This document shows positions 19,149 through 28,733 of a DNA stretch of 64,000 nt, piece by piece (positions within the stretch are counted from its first letter, which is position 1; every line of letters begins with the position of its first letter). The stretch covers positions 4,676 to 68,675 of the forward strand of contig JAZRDV010000019.1 in NCBI GenBank assembly GCA_045660465.1, read 5' to 3'. The notes beneath the pieces were generated by a model. The model saw only the letters and a program-made list of their open reading frames with translations, ran no database searches and was not told the DNA's origin. Position numbers and translations under genes: made by a program. The DNA comes from Alistipes sp. Its GTDB lineage: Bacteria; Bacteroidota; Bacteroidia; Bacteroidales; Rikenellaceae.

Positions 19149-21317
19149 ATGCGCAAGACGTGGTGGATACTCTCGGCTCTATGCTTCGTGGTGGCAGTGC
19201 TGCTGCCCGAGGTGTCGTATGCCCAGATTGATGCTGCCGCGTTGGCGCGTGCTCAACGAGAGCAACAGTATGGCCGTGGTATAGGCGATAATCAGGGTTA
19301 CGGCACGGATATGTACGGTAACACCATGACCGGCATGGAGGGCGAAGAGGGTATGCCCGGTGAGGCAGCCGATAGCACCGAGCGCAAAAAGCGCGAACGT
19401 AAGCCCCTCGAATCGTACTACTTCTCGGATACGGTGCGTGCGCTGAACAATTGGAAGTGGCACGTTGACCGCGACTACAACCGCGTGAATATCGAGCCTC
19501 TCGACACGGTGCTTGCCAACTGGCGTATCGACTACGTCTTCTACCGCAAGGGTGTCGGCGATATGGCCCTCGGTGGCCTCGGACAGTCGTCGCAGGCGGT
19601 AAATTGGTTCGACCGTCGTCAGGACTTCGATTTCAGCTTTGCGCGCAGCTACGACGCCTATACGGCACGTATGGATAACGTCCCGTTCTACAATGGCAAG
19701 AAGCCGTTTACAAATCTCATGTACCTCGAATCGGGTCAGAAGCGTTATCGTGAGGAGCATTTTGAGATTGTACACTCGCAGAATATCGACCCCTCGACAT
19801 CGGCCAATGTGAGCTACAAATCGCGAGGAACGATGGGTCTCTACGATTGGCAGCGCACCAAGAACCATGCTCTGTCGGTTGCTGTGGCACATACGGGTAA
19901 GCGTTACTCGGTACACGCTGCCTACATGAACAACAACATCACCACACGCGAGAATGGTGGTGTGGTAGGCGAGTGGGCTATTGCCGATACCACCTTCGAG
20001 ATGCCGTCGGGTGTGCCTATGCGTTTGGCGTCGTCGAAGGCCGAGAACCACTATCGCAACAACGCCTTCTTCATCAAACAGGCTATTGCCATACCGTTGC
20101 AACGTGTTACGGAGTATGACTTCTCGCTTGCCGACCTCTCGGCGATATTCATAGGGCATCAGTTCGAGTACAACACTTGGTCGAAGGTCTATACCGACCA
20201 GCGTGGCACATATACCAACGAGCGCGGCCAATATAACAACGATGGCAGCTATACGCCCACCACGCACGAGTACTATGCCGATTGGTTTATCTCGCCCGAG
20301 ACCACGTGCGACTCCATTTCGGAGCGTCTGCTCTCGAATAAGCTGTTCATCCAGGCACAGCCGTGGGATAGAAATGGTGTTGTTGGCACCATTGATGGTG
20401 GTGTAGGCTTAGACCTGCACACATACTCCTACCTGCGACTTACGGACTACGTTACAGGCAAGGTAACAAAGGATAAACGCACATCGTGGTATGTATATGG
20501 CGCGGTGAGCGGCAAGATTAAACGATATGTCGATTGGGGTGCTGATGCCAAGTACTACCCGTCGGGCTATCGTGGCGGAGATCTCTCGCTGGGTGCCAAT
20601 ATCACCCTTCGAGCCTTCATCCGCGAACATCCCCTGATTCTAACCGGACGCTTCCGTCAGGAGCTCCGTACGCCAAGCTATTGGCAGCAGAATCTATTCT
20701 CAAACCACTATGTGTGGTTTAACTCCTTCGATAAGGAGTCTGAAACTCGCTTCGAGGTCAACTTCTCCGTCCCCAACATAGCGTTGGAGGTCGGTGCATG
20801 GCAGGGTATCATGGGAGATATGGTCTACTATGGTCCCGATAGCCGTGTAGCCCAACATTCGGGCACTGTGAGCCTCACGAGTTTGTATGCGCGCAAGGAT
20901 TTCCGCTTAGGCGGATTTCACCTCGATCACAGGGCATTGGTGCAAATTACATCCAATGAGAGTGTGCTTCCCGTACCACTGTTGAGTGCCTTCCTCTCGT
21001 ACTACTACGAGTTCTGGGTGGTGCGCGACGTGTTGCGTGTGCAGGTGGGCTTCGATGGTCGCTTTAATACGGCCTACCACGCCCCGAGTTATAACCCTGC
21101 ACTCTCGGTCTTCTACAATCAGCGCGATGTGAAGATTGGTAACTATCCTTACCTCGACGTCTTCGTGTCGGCCAAGTGGAAGCGCATGCGTATACTGCTG
21201 AAATTACAGCACTTGAACCAGGATTTGTTTGGTAATGGTGAGTACTTCCAGGTGGCTCACTACCCACTCAACCCCCGCATGTTTAAGTTCGGTATCTCGT
21301 GGTCGTTCTACGACTAA
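19149..21317 (+). CDS. outer-membrane beta-barrel protein (Bacteroidota putative-porin family)
   Basis: Signal peptide MRKTWWILSALCFVVAVLLPEVSYA|Q. Alternating aromatic-rich strands. C-terminal FKFGISWSFYD is typical of outer-membrane barrels. Family assignment is from memory only. Confidence 0.6.
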   Translation: MRKTWWILSALCFVVAVLLPEVSYAQIDAAALARAQREQQYGRGIGDNQGYGTDMYGNTMTGMEGEEGMPGEAADSTERKKRERKPLESYYFSDTVRALNNWKWHVDRDYNRVNIEPLDTVLANWRIDYVFYRKGVGDMALGGLGQSSQAVNWFDRRQDFDFSFARSYDAYTARMDNVPFYNGKKPFTNLMYLESGQKRYREEHFEIVHSQNIDPSTSANVSYKSRGTMGLYDWQRTKNHALSVAVAHTGKRYSVHAAYMNNNITTRENGGVVGEWAIADTTFEMPSGVPMRLASSKAENHYRNNAFFIKQAIAIPLQRVTEYDFSLADLSAIFIGHQFEYNTWSKVYTDQRGTYTNERGQYNNDGSYTPTTHEYYADWFISPETTCDSISERLLSNKLFIQAQPWDRNGVVGTIDGGVGLDLHTYSYLRLTDYVTGKVTKDKRTSWYVYGAVSGKIKRYVDWGADAKYYPSGYRGGDLSLGANITLRAFIREHPLILTGRFRQELRTPSYWQQNLFSNHYVWFNSFDKESETRFEVNFSVPNIALEVGAWQGIMGDMVYYGPDSRVAQHSGTVSLTSLYARKDFRLGGFHLDHRALVQITSNESVLPVPLLSAFLSYYYEFWVVRDVLRVQVGFDGRFNTAYHAPSYNPALSVFYNQRDVKIGNYPYLDVFVSAKWKRMRILLKLQHLNQDLFGNGEYFQVAHYPLNPRMFKFGISWSFYD

Positions 21318-21361
21318 CGATATATTTTGCCCGGTATAAGCTGCCCGTAAACTAACTAAAC

Positions 21362-22105
21362 ATGATTAAAAGAGTATCGTTTGTGATTCTCTCGGCCGTA
21401 GCACTTATGGCCTACGAATCACTTATCGGAGGCGACACTGCAAAGCCCACCCTTCACGTTGCGACTGACGTCGAGGAGGCTGCACAGCACACCGTTGATG
21501 CGGAGCAGGATGTTGCTACCGACACAAGCATGGACACACAGCGAGCCGCGATGGCTGACCATAAGTGTGTAATTTCTCGTTTCGACCCCCTTATGCGTAA
21601 GGTCGGTGCCGAGGAGGGTTTTGATTGGCGACTGATGAGTGCTATTGCATATAGCGAGTCGCGCTTTATTGAAGATTTGGTGTCGAATCAGGGGGCCGCA
21701 GGTATCATGCAGATACGTCCTGTGGTGGCTCGACACTTCAACGTCCCCGTCGAGAGTATTCATGATACAGAGACGAACATACGTCTGGCGGGCATGCTGC
21801 TCTCGGAGTTAGATACCATGTTACGTATTCCGGCATCTACGCCCGAGCGTGATAGGCTGAGTATCATCCTTGCAAGCTACAATGCGGGCATAGGCCATGT
21901 CCTCGACGCACGACGTCTTGCGCGTGCTGAGGGTGCCAATCCCAACTCGTGGGATGTGGTGAGCGACTACCTTGTAAAGAAGGCCGACCCCGCATACTAC
22001 GAACTCGATGTGGTGCAGTGTGGTAAGTTTACCGGTAGCGGTCAGACGCTGGGCTATGTCAAGGAGGTGATGGGTAAGTACGCTCAATACTGCAATTTGG
22101 CGTAA
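21362..22105 (+). CDS. lytic murein transglycosylase (SLT domain)
   Basis: AIAYSESRF (catalytic Glu-Ser), GAAGIMQI, ASYNAGIGHV are SLT family motifs; N-terminal signal/anchor. Confidence 0.85.
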   Translation: MIKRVSFVILSAVALMAYESLIGGDTAKPTLHVATDVEEAAQHTVDAEQDVATDTSMDTQRAAMADHKCVISRFDPLMRKVGAEEGFDWRLMSAIAYSESRFIEDLVSNQGAAGIMQIRPVVARHFNVPVESIHDTETNIRLAGMLLSELDTMLRIPASTPERDRLSIILASYNAGIGHVLDARRLARAEGANPNSWDVVSDYLVKKADPAYYELDVVQCGKFTGSGQTLGYVKEVMGKYAQYCNLA

Positions 22106-22144
22106 TTCGGAGCGATAACTTATAATTTACATTGTCCCATCGTC

Positions 22145-22180
22145 AAAAAAAAGGTGCTGTTCAAAGCGAACAGCACCTTT
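22145..22180. terminator. bidirectional terminator between the SLT gene (+) and the acyl-CoA ligase gene (-)
   Basis: A8 run, then AAGGTGCTGTTC-AAAGC-GAACAGCACCTT (12-bp stem), then TTT. The U-run is strongest for the minus-strand transcript. Confidence 0.8.
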
Positions 22181-22202
22181 ACTATATTATATAGGTACTC
22201 TG

Positions 22203-24116
22203 CTACGAGAGTATCTTGCGCATAGCCTCCACGTTGCGGCTATTCTCGGTGAGCTTACCCTCGGGGGTATAGGCGTGAGCGATAGCCTCCGCAAAGTGCT
22301 TCTCTACCTTGTTGCGCACAACCTTCATGGTGCTATTGACAAGACCATTCTGCTCCGTGAATGGCTCGTCGGCAATGGCTACGACCGCAGGTACCCATCT
22401 ATCGGGGAACTCGTCGGCGTAGACACCTCCTGTGCGATACTTGGCAATCTCCTGTGCTACTAACTTCGTAGCCTCCTCGGCGCGCTTGTCGCCTGTCGTA
22501 CCACGCTCGTCAAGGACGCGGTTGAGGTTCTCCTTCGATGCCACAACAAGGGCGATGGTATAGGGGCTCTGATTGTTATAAATCATAATCTGGTCGATAA
22601 GTGGCGACTTGTCTACCATCGCCTCCTCCATACCCTCGGGGCTATACTTCTCGCCGTCGCTCGATATGAGCAGGCTCTTGAAGCGACCCAAGACGTAGAG
22701 GAAGTTATCCTTCGACATGTAGCCCATATCGCCTGTGTAGAGCCAGCCATCGCGTACCGTGTCGGCCGTAGACTCGGGATTCTTCCAGTAGCCGGCCATG
22801 ACATTCTCGCCACGGATTACAATCTCGCCCTTCTCGCCTACGGGAAGCTCGCGGCCCTCCTCGTCCAAAATCTTGATGTCGAGGGGCTTAACTAAGCGTC
22901 CCGATGAGCCGAAACGGTGGTTGCGCTTGGTGGGTGCATTTGTCGAGATTACGGGTGTAGCCTCCGAGAGACCGTAGCCCTGGAACATTGGGATGCCGAT
23001 AGCGTAGAAGAAACGCTGCAACTCGCTGTCGAGCAGTGCGCCGCCACCAATGAAGAAGCGCAGCTCGCCACCAAAGGCCTCGCGCACCTTGCTGTACAGA
23101 ATCTTGTCAAAAAGTGCCACGGCAGGTTTGAGCAGCATGCGCCAGCCACGTCCCTTGGTGTAGCCGTCGGCTTGGTAGGCATACGACGTCTTCAATGCGA
23201 GGCGGAAGAGACGCTCCGTGGTCTTGCCCTTCTTGCGAATGGTGGTCTCGATATTCTTGCGGAAGTTCTTGGCAAGAGCCGGTACCGAGAGCAGGAAGTG
23301 GGGGCGTACCTCCTTGATGTTTATAGGTATGTTCTTCAACGTCTCCATAGGTGTGCGTCCCACCTCGGTGGTAGCCACCGATGCGCCACACGCTATCATG
23401 ATGTAGAAGCCTACGACATGTGCAAAGCAGTGGTCCAAGGGGAGGATGATGAGCGTGCGCCACTCGGAGGGTATGGCAATTACCGAGAGCGACTGCTCTA
23501 CGTTTGCCGTGTAGTTGCGGTGTGTGAGCACCACACCCTTGGGGTCTGCTGTTGTTCCGGAGGTGTATGTAATTGTTGCGATGTCGTTGTTTTCGAGCGA
23601 CTTGCCGATAGCCTCAAACGTTTCGCGATGTGTTGTGAGCCACTCCTCGCCACTCTTGGCTAAGCTCTCTAACGTCATCTCGCCCTCGATGAGCTTCTCC
23701 TCCGTCTCGCCCCATACGACAACATGTCTTAGCTCGGGAAGGTCGGCCACGATGCGGCGTACCTTGGGTAGCTGCTGGCGCGATACGAAGATTAGCTTCA
23801 CGTCGGCATGGCGCAGACGGAAGAGCAGGTCGTTCGACTCTTCGAGCTTTATAGAGAGGGGTACACTCACAGCACCGGCGTAGAGCAGACCCAGCTCCGA
23901 GATAATCCAGTTGTTGCAACCCTCGGCGAGGATAGATACGCGGTCGCCACGCTCTATGCCCAGAGCCACGAGGCCGGCACCGATATTCTGTGCCTGACGC
24001 TTCGTCTCGGCATAGGTCGTAGGCTCGAAGCGGCCGTTGTGCTTCTCCAAGAGAAACTCCTTGCTGCCATACTTCGCAACCGACTCCTCGAAGAGGTCGA
24101 TAATGGTTCGTTTCAT
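22203..24116 (-). CDS. long-chain-fatty-acid--CoA ligase (AMP-binding enzyme superfamily)
   Basis: AMP-binding motif TYTSGTTADPKGVVLTHRN, GYGLSE, YTGDMG; 637 aa. Confidence 0.88.
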   Translation of the reverse strand: MKRTIIDLFEESVAKYGSKEFLLEKHNGRFEPTTYAETKRQAQNIGAGLVALGIERGDRVSILAEGCNNWIISELGLLYAGAVSVPLSIKLEESNDLLFRLRHADVKLIFVSRQQLPKVRRIVADLPELRHVVVWGETEEKLIEGEMTLESLAKSGEEWLTTHRETFEAIGKSLENNDIATITYTSGTTADPKGVVLTHRNYTANVEQSLSVIAIPSEWRTLIILPLDHCFAHVVGFYIMIACGASVATTEVGRTPMETLKNIPINIKEVRPHFLLSVPALAKNFRKNIETTIRKKGKTTERLFRLALKTSYAYQADGYTKGRGWRMLLKPAVALFDKILYSKVREAFGGELRFFIGGGALLDSELQRFFYAIGIPMFQGYGLSEATPVISTNAPTKRNHRFGSSGRLVKPLDIKILDEEGRELPVGEKGEIVIRGENVMAGYWKNPESTADTVRDGWLYTGDMGYMSKDNFLYVLGRFKSLLISSDGEKYSPEGMEEAMVDKSPLIDQIMIYNNQSPYTIALVVASKENLNRVLDERGTTGDKRAEEATKLVAQEIAKYRTGGVYADEFPDRWVPAVVAIADEPFTEQNGLVNSTMKVVRNKVEKHFAEAIAHAYTPEGKLTENSRNVEAMRKILS

Positions 24117-24145
24117 AATCTTTGTAGCGTTTGTATCTCAAAATA

Positions 24146-24175
24146 GGGGCTGTCAAACTGTCGTTTAGCAGCCCC
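24146..24175 (-). terminator. terminator hairpin after the GH13 gene
   Basis: GGGGCTG (24146-24152) pairs with CAGCCCC (24169-24175) with an inner AAAC/GTTT pairing. On minus-strand RNA it is followed by UAUUUUG. Lies 16 nt beyond the stop at 24191. Confidence 0.6.
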
Positions 24176-24190
24176 AAAGTCTCTATGTGT

Positions 24191-27190
24191 TTAGCGAACG
24201 AAGATGATGTAGTCGTTAGCTGCGAGTGTTGCGGTATATGAGCCGCTGAGCGACACCTTCTGGTCGGTCATAAGGTTTGTCCACTCTCCTGCTACGGGAA
24301 TATTTACGGTGGTAGATACCGTAGCATTTGTGAAGTTGGCAACCATGATGACGTTGTCCATAACGAGAGTCTTGCCACCCATCACATTATCGCCCACATT
24401 CCATGTGTGTACGGCGATGTTATCCACACCGTAGATATCCTCGCGCGAGGTGCGGAAGTTGAGCACCTTGGCGATGGCGTTATATACAGCCTTGCGGTTT
24501 GTATCCTCGGCGTAGTCCCAACGCACGGGCTTGCGGTGTGTGCGGTAGTCCTCCGACGAGCCTACGATGCCATTCTCGTTCGAGTTAATCGAGAAGTCGT
24601 AGCCCAACTCGCCAAACTGCCACAACATCTTGGGATAGGGCGTAAGGAAGTGGAAGGCGTAGACAGCCTGCAAACGCTTCGAGATAACGGCCCAATCGTT
24701 CTTCACCCAGTCCTGGCCATAGGTGATAGCCTTGTAGGCGATGCGCTCCTCGTCGTGGGTCTCGATGTTGTTCATGCGGCCACGCTTGAAGTCTGCGAAA
24801 TTGGTCTTATTGCCACCCGCGCGTGTTGCGAGACGGCGTGTAGAGAGGTGTGCGGGCTTCTCGCCATCGGGCATGACGTAGACCATCATGCTCGCCTTGT
24901 CGAAGTAGATGTCGTACTTAACACCCACCTCTACATTCATGTTGATGTTTGCCGAGCCGTTAAGCGAGATGCCGGTGCGCAGGTTGTGGAGTGTAGAGCC
25001 ATTAGAGACGCCATACGAAATGTCCCAACCCCTGTTTACGCGAATCTTAAATACACAACCCTCTTTATTGGCATTGGCAAAGATGACATCCTGTGCCACG
25101 TAGATGCCGTTCTGCAAATTGAGAGGAACGTCGAGCGTCCAATTGCCACCCTGCAAGTCGCCAATGACGGTATAAACAGAGCCGTCTCCACTATTGCCGT
25201 CATCGTACCAACCCATAACGGTCTCAGAGTAGCCCTCCAACTGGTTGTTGTTCCAGCAGAGTGCGCCTACCGAGCTGTAGAGTTCATCCTCCTCGGCGGG
25301 TGAGCAGAAGTGCTCGAAGATGATGTAGGCATCCTGCTCCACGGCGCGGATGGCGTTGGCGTAGTCCTTCAATATGCCGATACGCTCTGCGCTGTAATCC
25401 CATGCGTCGAAGTTCGAGGGGTTCTGTACGAAGCCCTTCGTTAGGTCGAAGCGGAAGCCATCGACGTTGTACTCCTCCAACCAGAACTTCAACACCTCCT
25501 TGAAGTAGTCGCGTGTAGGCTGGTAGGTGTGGTTGAAGTCGTGGTATACGTTGAAGTTGTGCTTCGCTGTAACGTTGAAGAAGGGGTTCGAGGCTGCTGT
25601 GCAGTTCTTCGACGAATCCCACCACATCTTGGCATAGGGGAACTGACCCGTAGCGTGGTTGAATACCACGTCGAGGATTACGGCGATACCGCGCTTGTGG
25701 CACTCGTCGATGAAGCGTTTGTATGCCTCCTCGGTACCGTATGCCTTGTCGGCTGCGAAGTAGAAGCATGGGTTGTAGCCCCACGAGTCGTTGCCGTCGA
25801 ACTCCTGGATGGGCATGAGCTGCACGGCGTTGATGCCGAGACCTTCGAGGTAGTCGAGTTTTGCGGTTACGGCGTCGATGGTGCGCTCGGTTGTAAAGTC
25901 GCGAATGAGCAACTCATACACGGCGAGTGAGTTCTCGGCGGGGCGGTCGAAGTTGGGTACCTGCCACTGATACTCCACATCGTCGATGTCGAATACCGAT
26001 ACGATGTCGGTGGTGTACTCCGCGGGGTACTTTTTCAGGTCGGGGTATGTCGTTGCGGTAATCCACTGGTCGTTCCAGGGGTCGAGAATCTTCTCGGCAT
26101 AGGGGTCTCCAATCTTTATTGTGCCATCAACGAGGTACTGATAGCCATACTCAACACCCGACTGCAAGCCATCTACCGTAACCCAGAAGTAGTCGCCATC
26201 GCGCTTCATCATGTGCTGGTTGGTGGGTGCATAGTTGTTGAAGTCGCCAAGCAGTATTACGCTCTGCTTGCCGGGGGCGTAGAGGGTGAATGTTGCCGAT
26301 GTGCCGTCGATGGTTACGCCGCCCTTAGCGTTTGCGGGGCGTGCGGCATTCTCGGTCTGGCCCAATACGGCTACCGTAACGCTCTCCTCAACGGTTGTTG
26401 TGCCATCCGTAGCCTCAGCGCGGAATACGATATCCTCGGCTGCGGTAGCGGTGTAGTTGTACTCGATTGTCGAGGTGTCGGTAGAGGCTACCTGCTCGCC
26501 ATTTTTGTAGAGTGTGAGCGATGTAGCACCCTTGGCCTTAACCTGAACGGCGCAGTTGTCGCCAACCTCATAGAGCGTGCCGTTGATGGGTGATACGAAC
26601 ATCACCGAGAGACCCTCTGTTGCGAGGTCGATGAAGATGTCGTTGTTGTTCTTCTTCAACTCTTTGGTGCCATCTGCCGAGCGGAATACGAAAGCCAGAC
26701 GCTCGATGGTCTCATTCGCGGGCACACCGTAGTATGCACGAGGGCCACCCTTAATGGTCAGCGTCCAGAGGTTGTTGGCATGCTTTGTGAGCTTGCACTC
26801 GGGCTTGTTCTCTGTCCACCCGGCCTTGGTGTACTTCCAATCCGACGATGCGGTGCTCTTGTCCGTGATTACGCCTGTGTGGGCATAGAGGTCGCCCGTG
26901 AAGCCGTCGATGGTTGTGCCTGTGCCATTTACGATGACGAGCACATCGTCGGTCATGCTCTCCGTCACGAAGGCGGGGATGGTTGAGATAAGAGGGTAGT
27001 CGCCATTTTCGTCGAACTCGGGAGTAACCTCATCGCCGGGGGTCTGACCATTGTCATTGCCATCATCGGGATTGGGCTTCTTCTCCTCTTCGGTGTTGGG
27101 AGGTGTAGGCTGATACTCAAATTGATCCTCACAACCTATGGCTACGAGTGCTACGAGTAGCACCATTGCCAGATAACGAAACTTTTTCAT
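24191..27190 (-). CDS. surface lipoprotein glycoside hydrolase family 13 (alpha-amylase/pullulanase-like) with N-terminal accessory beta-domains and an insertion in the catalytic barrel
   Basis: Lipobox LVALVAIG|C. CBM48/E-set-like ATFTLYAPGKQSVILLGDFNNY...DGDYFWVTV. GH13 regions I DVVFNHA, II GFRFDLTKG, III YIIFEHF, IV NIETHDEER. Confidence 0.88.
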   Translation of the reverse strand: MKKFRYLAMVLLVALVAIGCEDQFEYQPTPPNTEEEKKPNPDDGNDNGQTPGDEVTPEFDENGDYPLISTIPAFVTESMTDDVLVIVNGTGTTIDGFTGDLYAHTGVITDKSTASSDWKYTKAGWTENKPECKLTKHANNLWTLTIKGGPRAYYGVPANETIERLAFVFRSADGTKELKKNNNDIFIDLATEGLSVMFVSPINGTLYEVGDNCAVQVKAKGATSLTLYKNGEQVASTDTSTIEYNYTATAAEDIVFRAEATDGTTTVEESVTVAVLGQTENAARPANAKGGVTIDGTSATFTLYAPGKQSVILLGDFNNYAPTNQHMMKRDGDYFWVTVDGLQSGVEYGYQYLVDGTIKIGDPYAEKILDPWNDQWITATTYPDLKKYPAEYTTDIVSVFDIDDVEYQWQVPNFDRPAENSLAVYELLIRDFTTERTIDAVTAKLDYLEGLGINAVQLMPIQEFDGNDSWGYNPCFYFAADKAYGTEEAYKRFIDECHKRGIAVILDVVFNHATGQFPYAKMWWDSSKNCTAASNPFFNVTAKHNFNVYHDFNHTYQPTRDYFKEVLKFWLEEYNVDGFRFDLTKGFVQNPSNFDAWDYSAERIGILKDYANAIRAVEQDAYIIFEHFCSPAEEDELYSSVGALCWNNNQLEGYSETVMGWYDDGNSGDGSVYTVIGDLQGGNWTLDVPLNLQNGIYVAQDVIFANANKEGCVFKIRVNRGWDISYGVSNGSTLHNLRTGISLNGSANINMNVEVGVKYDIYFDKASMMVYVMPDGEKPAHLSTRRLATRAGGNKTNFADFKRGRMNNIETHDEERIAYKAITYGQDWVKNDWAVISKRLQAVYAFHFLTPYPKMLWQFGELGYDFSINSNENGIVGSSEDYRTHRKPVRWDYAEDTNRKAVYNAIAKVLNFRTSREDIYGVDNIAVHTWNVGDNVMGGKTLVMDNVIMVANFTNATVSTTVNIPVAGEWTNLMTDQKVSLSGSYTATLAANDYIIFVR

Positions 27191-27297
27191 ACGTCTAATT
27201 GTTTATGTTGTTTTTACTTTTCGTCTCATGCCATCTGCTATGCGATGCGCGAACGCGTCTGTCGTGCGCGAGTGCATAATGCGCAATTAGGCAGTTA

Positions 27298-27305
27298 CAA
27301 AGATA
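27298..27305 (-). promoter_or_regulatory. candidate -7 promoter box for the GH13 gene
   Basis: Plus-strand CAAAGATA, 107 nt upstream of the ATG at 27190. Confidence 0.4.
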
Positions 27306-27462
27306 GTTAAAAAAGCGAACTGCGAAAAATATCCATCTGTAAAATATGCTCGGCGGTCGTTTTTTTTCGCCGAATAGCCTATTTTTGCTGACGGAGAGTC
27401 GCTATAATCGTTGGTTTGGGGCTCTTGTGGCGAACGATTTTGCAGATTCGAAAATTTATTCG

Positions 27463-27470
27463 TATCTTTG
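27463..27470 (+). promoter_or_regulatory. candidate -7 promoter box (TATCTTTG) with upstream TTTG (-33-like, 27438-27441) for the glycosyltransferase gene
   Basis: TAnnTTTG 63 nt upstream of the ATG at 27534; TTTG lies 21 nt upstream of the box. Confidence 0.5.
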
Positions 27471-27533
27471 TATGAATGTTGCAATGTTTGGCTCTTAGAG
27501 GCGAAATGTGCAAACGTGAAAAATATCGGTAAC

Positions 27534-28667
27534 ATGAAGATTCTTGCAATATATTTCCGCTCGGGAAGTGGTATTTCGGTTATCTACGAGCGTATATTCT
27601 GCCACCTGGCAAAGCATGCCACCGTTGATGTGCTCAGCGATATGGCTCTACACAACGAGTTGGAGGGTGTGCGCAAGGTGTATAGCGTGCCCATGAGTCG
27701 CCGTATGCAGTCCTACTATCGTAAGTTTTTACGAAATTTCGGTGCTGTGCCCATCTCGAAGTGGTGGAGTCGTAAGGCCGAGAAGGTTGTGGCCAAGGAT
27801 TACGATATAGTCATCGCCTTTATGGCAAGCTCGCAGCTAACGCCCGCAGTGTGTGGTAGTTATATCGCCGAGAAGCTGGGGTGTAAGTTCGCTATCTACT
27901 CCGTCGATGCCATCCCCGGCCCCGGAGGTTGGACTAAGCCTCGCGAGTTTCGCGGTAAGATGCGTGTCGTAGGCAAGTACTTCGTCAAGGCCGACTATGT
28001 GGCATCGTCGAATAAGCACATGTTGGAGTTTCAGCTCTCGACATTTAAGCATAAGCAGGGACTGCGTAGCAACGTACTCCTGACGCCGTCACCCGACAAG
28101 GTCTACAACCTGCCCGTGTCGAGCGAAAAGTTGATACTCTACACCGGCTCGCTCTACGGTCTGCGCAATCCGAACTATCTGTTCAAGGCCTTCAAACGAC
28201 TGCTCACAAAGTACCCCGACGTGAGACTTATGATGGTGGGCATAAAGCTCAAACTGCGCGATATGAACACGATACTCACGCACGAAGAGCTGCGCAGCGT
28301 AATCATTGCCGACCATACCAACGACCTTGTGCCGCTCTTTGAGCGCGCGCGTGTACTTCTCGATATCGATGCCGACCGCGAGAAGGATCCGTTCCTCTCG
28401 TCGAAGATTATAACATACCTCAAAACCAATCGTATGATTGTCTGCGAGACGGGTAGGATAACCCCCTCGCGTGAGATGTTCGCGGGCTACAACACCATCA
28501 TACAGTGCGACCACAACGAGGATAGCCTCTACGAGGGTCTCGTGCGTGCCATAGAGATGGGTGCCGTGGAGCAGGATTATAGCGAGCGTGAGCCCGTTAT
28601 TAAGGCCTTCTCTATCGAGGAGGTGGGAGGTATATTCTGGCACGACCTCCAAGAGTTGGTGCGTTAG
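27534..28667 (+). CDS. divergent GT-B fold glycosyltransferase (orphan)
   Basis: MKILAIYFRSGSG...; C-terminal Rossmann half LILYTGSLYGLRNPNYLFKAFKRLLTKYPDVRLMMVG. No clean EX7E motif, so the product call is tentative. ATG at 27534 rather than the track start at 27411. Confidence 0.55.
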   Translation: MKILAIYFRSGSGISVIYERIFCHLAKHATVDVLSDMALHNELEGVRKVYSVPMSRRMQSYYRKFLRNFGAVPISKWWSRKAEKVVAKDYDIVIAFMASSQLTPAVCGSYIAEKLGCKFAIYSVDAIPGPGGWTKPREFRGKMRVVGKYFVKADYVASSNKHMLEFQLSTFKHKQGLRSNVLLTPSPDKVYNLPVSSEKLILYTGSLYGLRNPNYLFKAFKRLLTKYPDVRLMMVGIKLKLRDMNTILTHEELRSVIIADHTNDLVPLFERARVLLDIDADREKDPFLSSKIITYLKTNRMIVCETGRITPSREMFAGYNTIIQCDHNEDSLYEGLVRAIEMGAVEQDYSEREPVIKAFSIEEVGGIFWHDLQELVR

Positions 28668-28706
28668 GAGTACGTGTGGCCTGATAAATAGGGTAGTGAT
28701 ACAAAA

Positions 28707-28733
28707 AGGGCTGTCAACCGCGTTGACAGCCCT
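28707..28733. terminator. terminator hairpin shared by the glycosyltransferase gene (+) and rnpB (-)
   Basis: AGGGCTGTCAAC-CG-CG-TTGACAGCCCT is a near-perfect palindrome. It is preceded by AAAAA, which gives a U-run for the minus-strand rnpB transcript. Confidence 0.8.

Noticed and set aside
19179-20267. 362-aa minus-strand ORF inside the porin-like gene; similarly 24407-25303 (298 aa) inside the GH13 gene
   Set aside because: Both are shadow ORFs opposite well-supported genes, with no independent signals.
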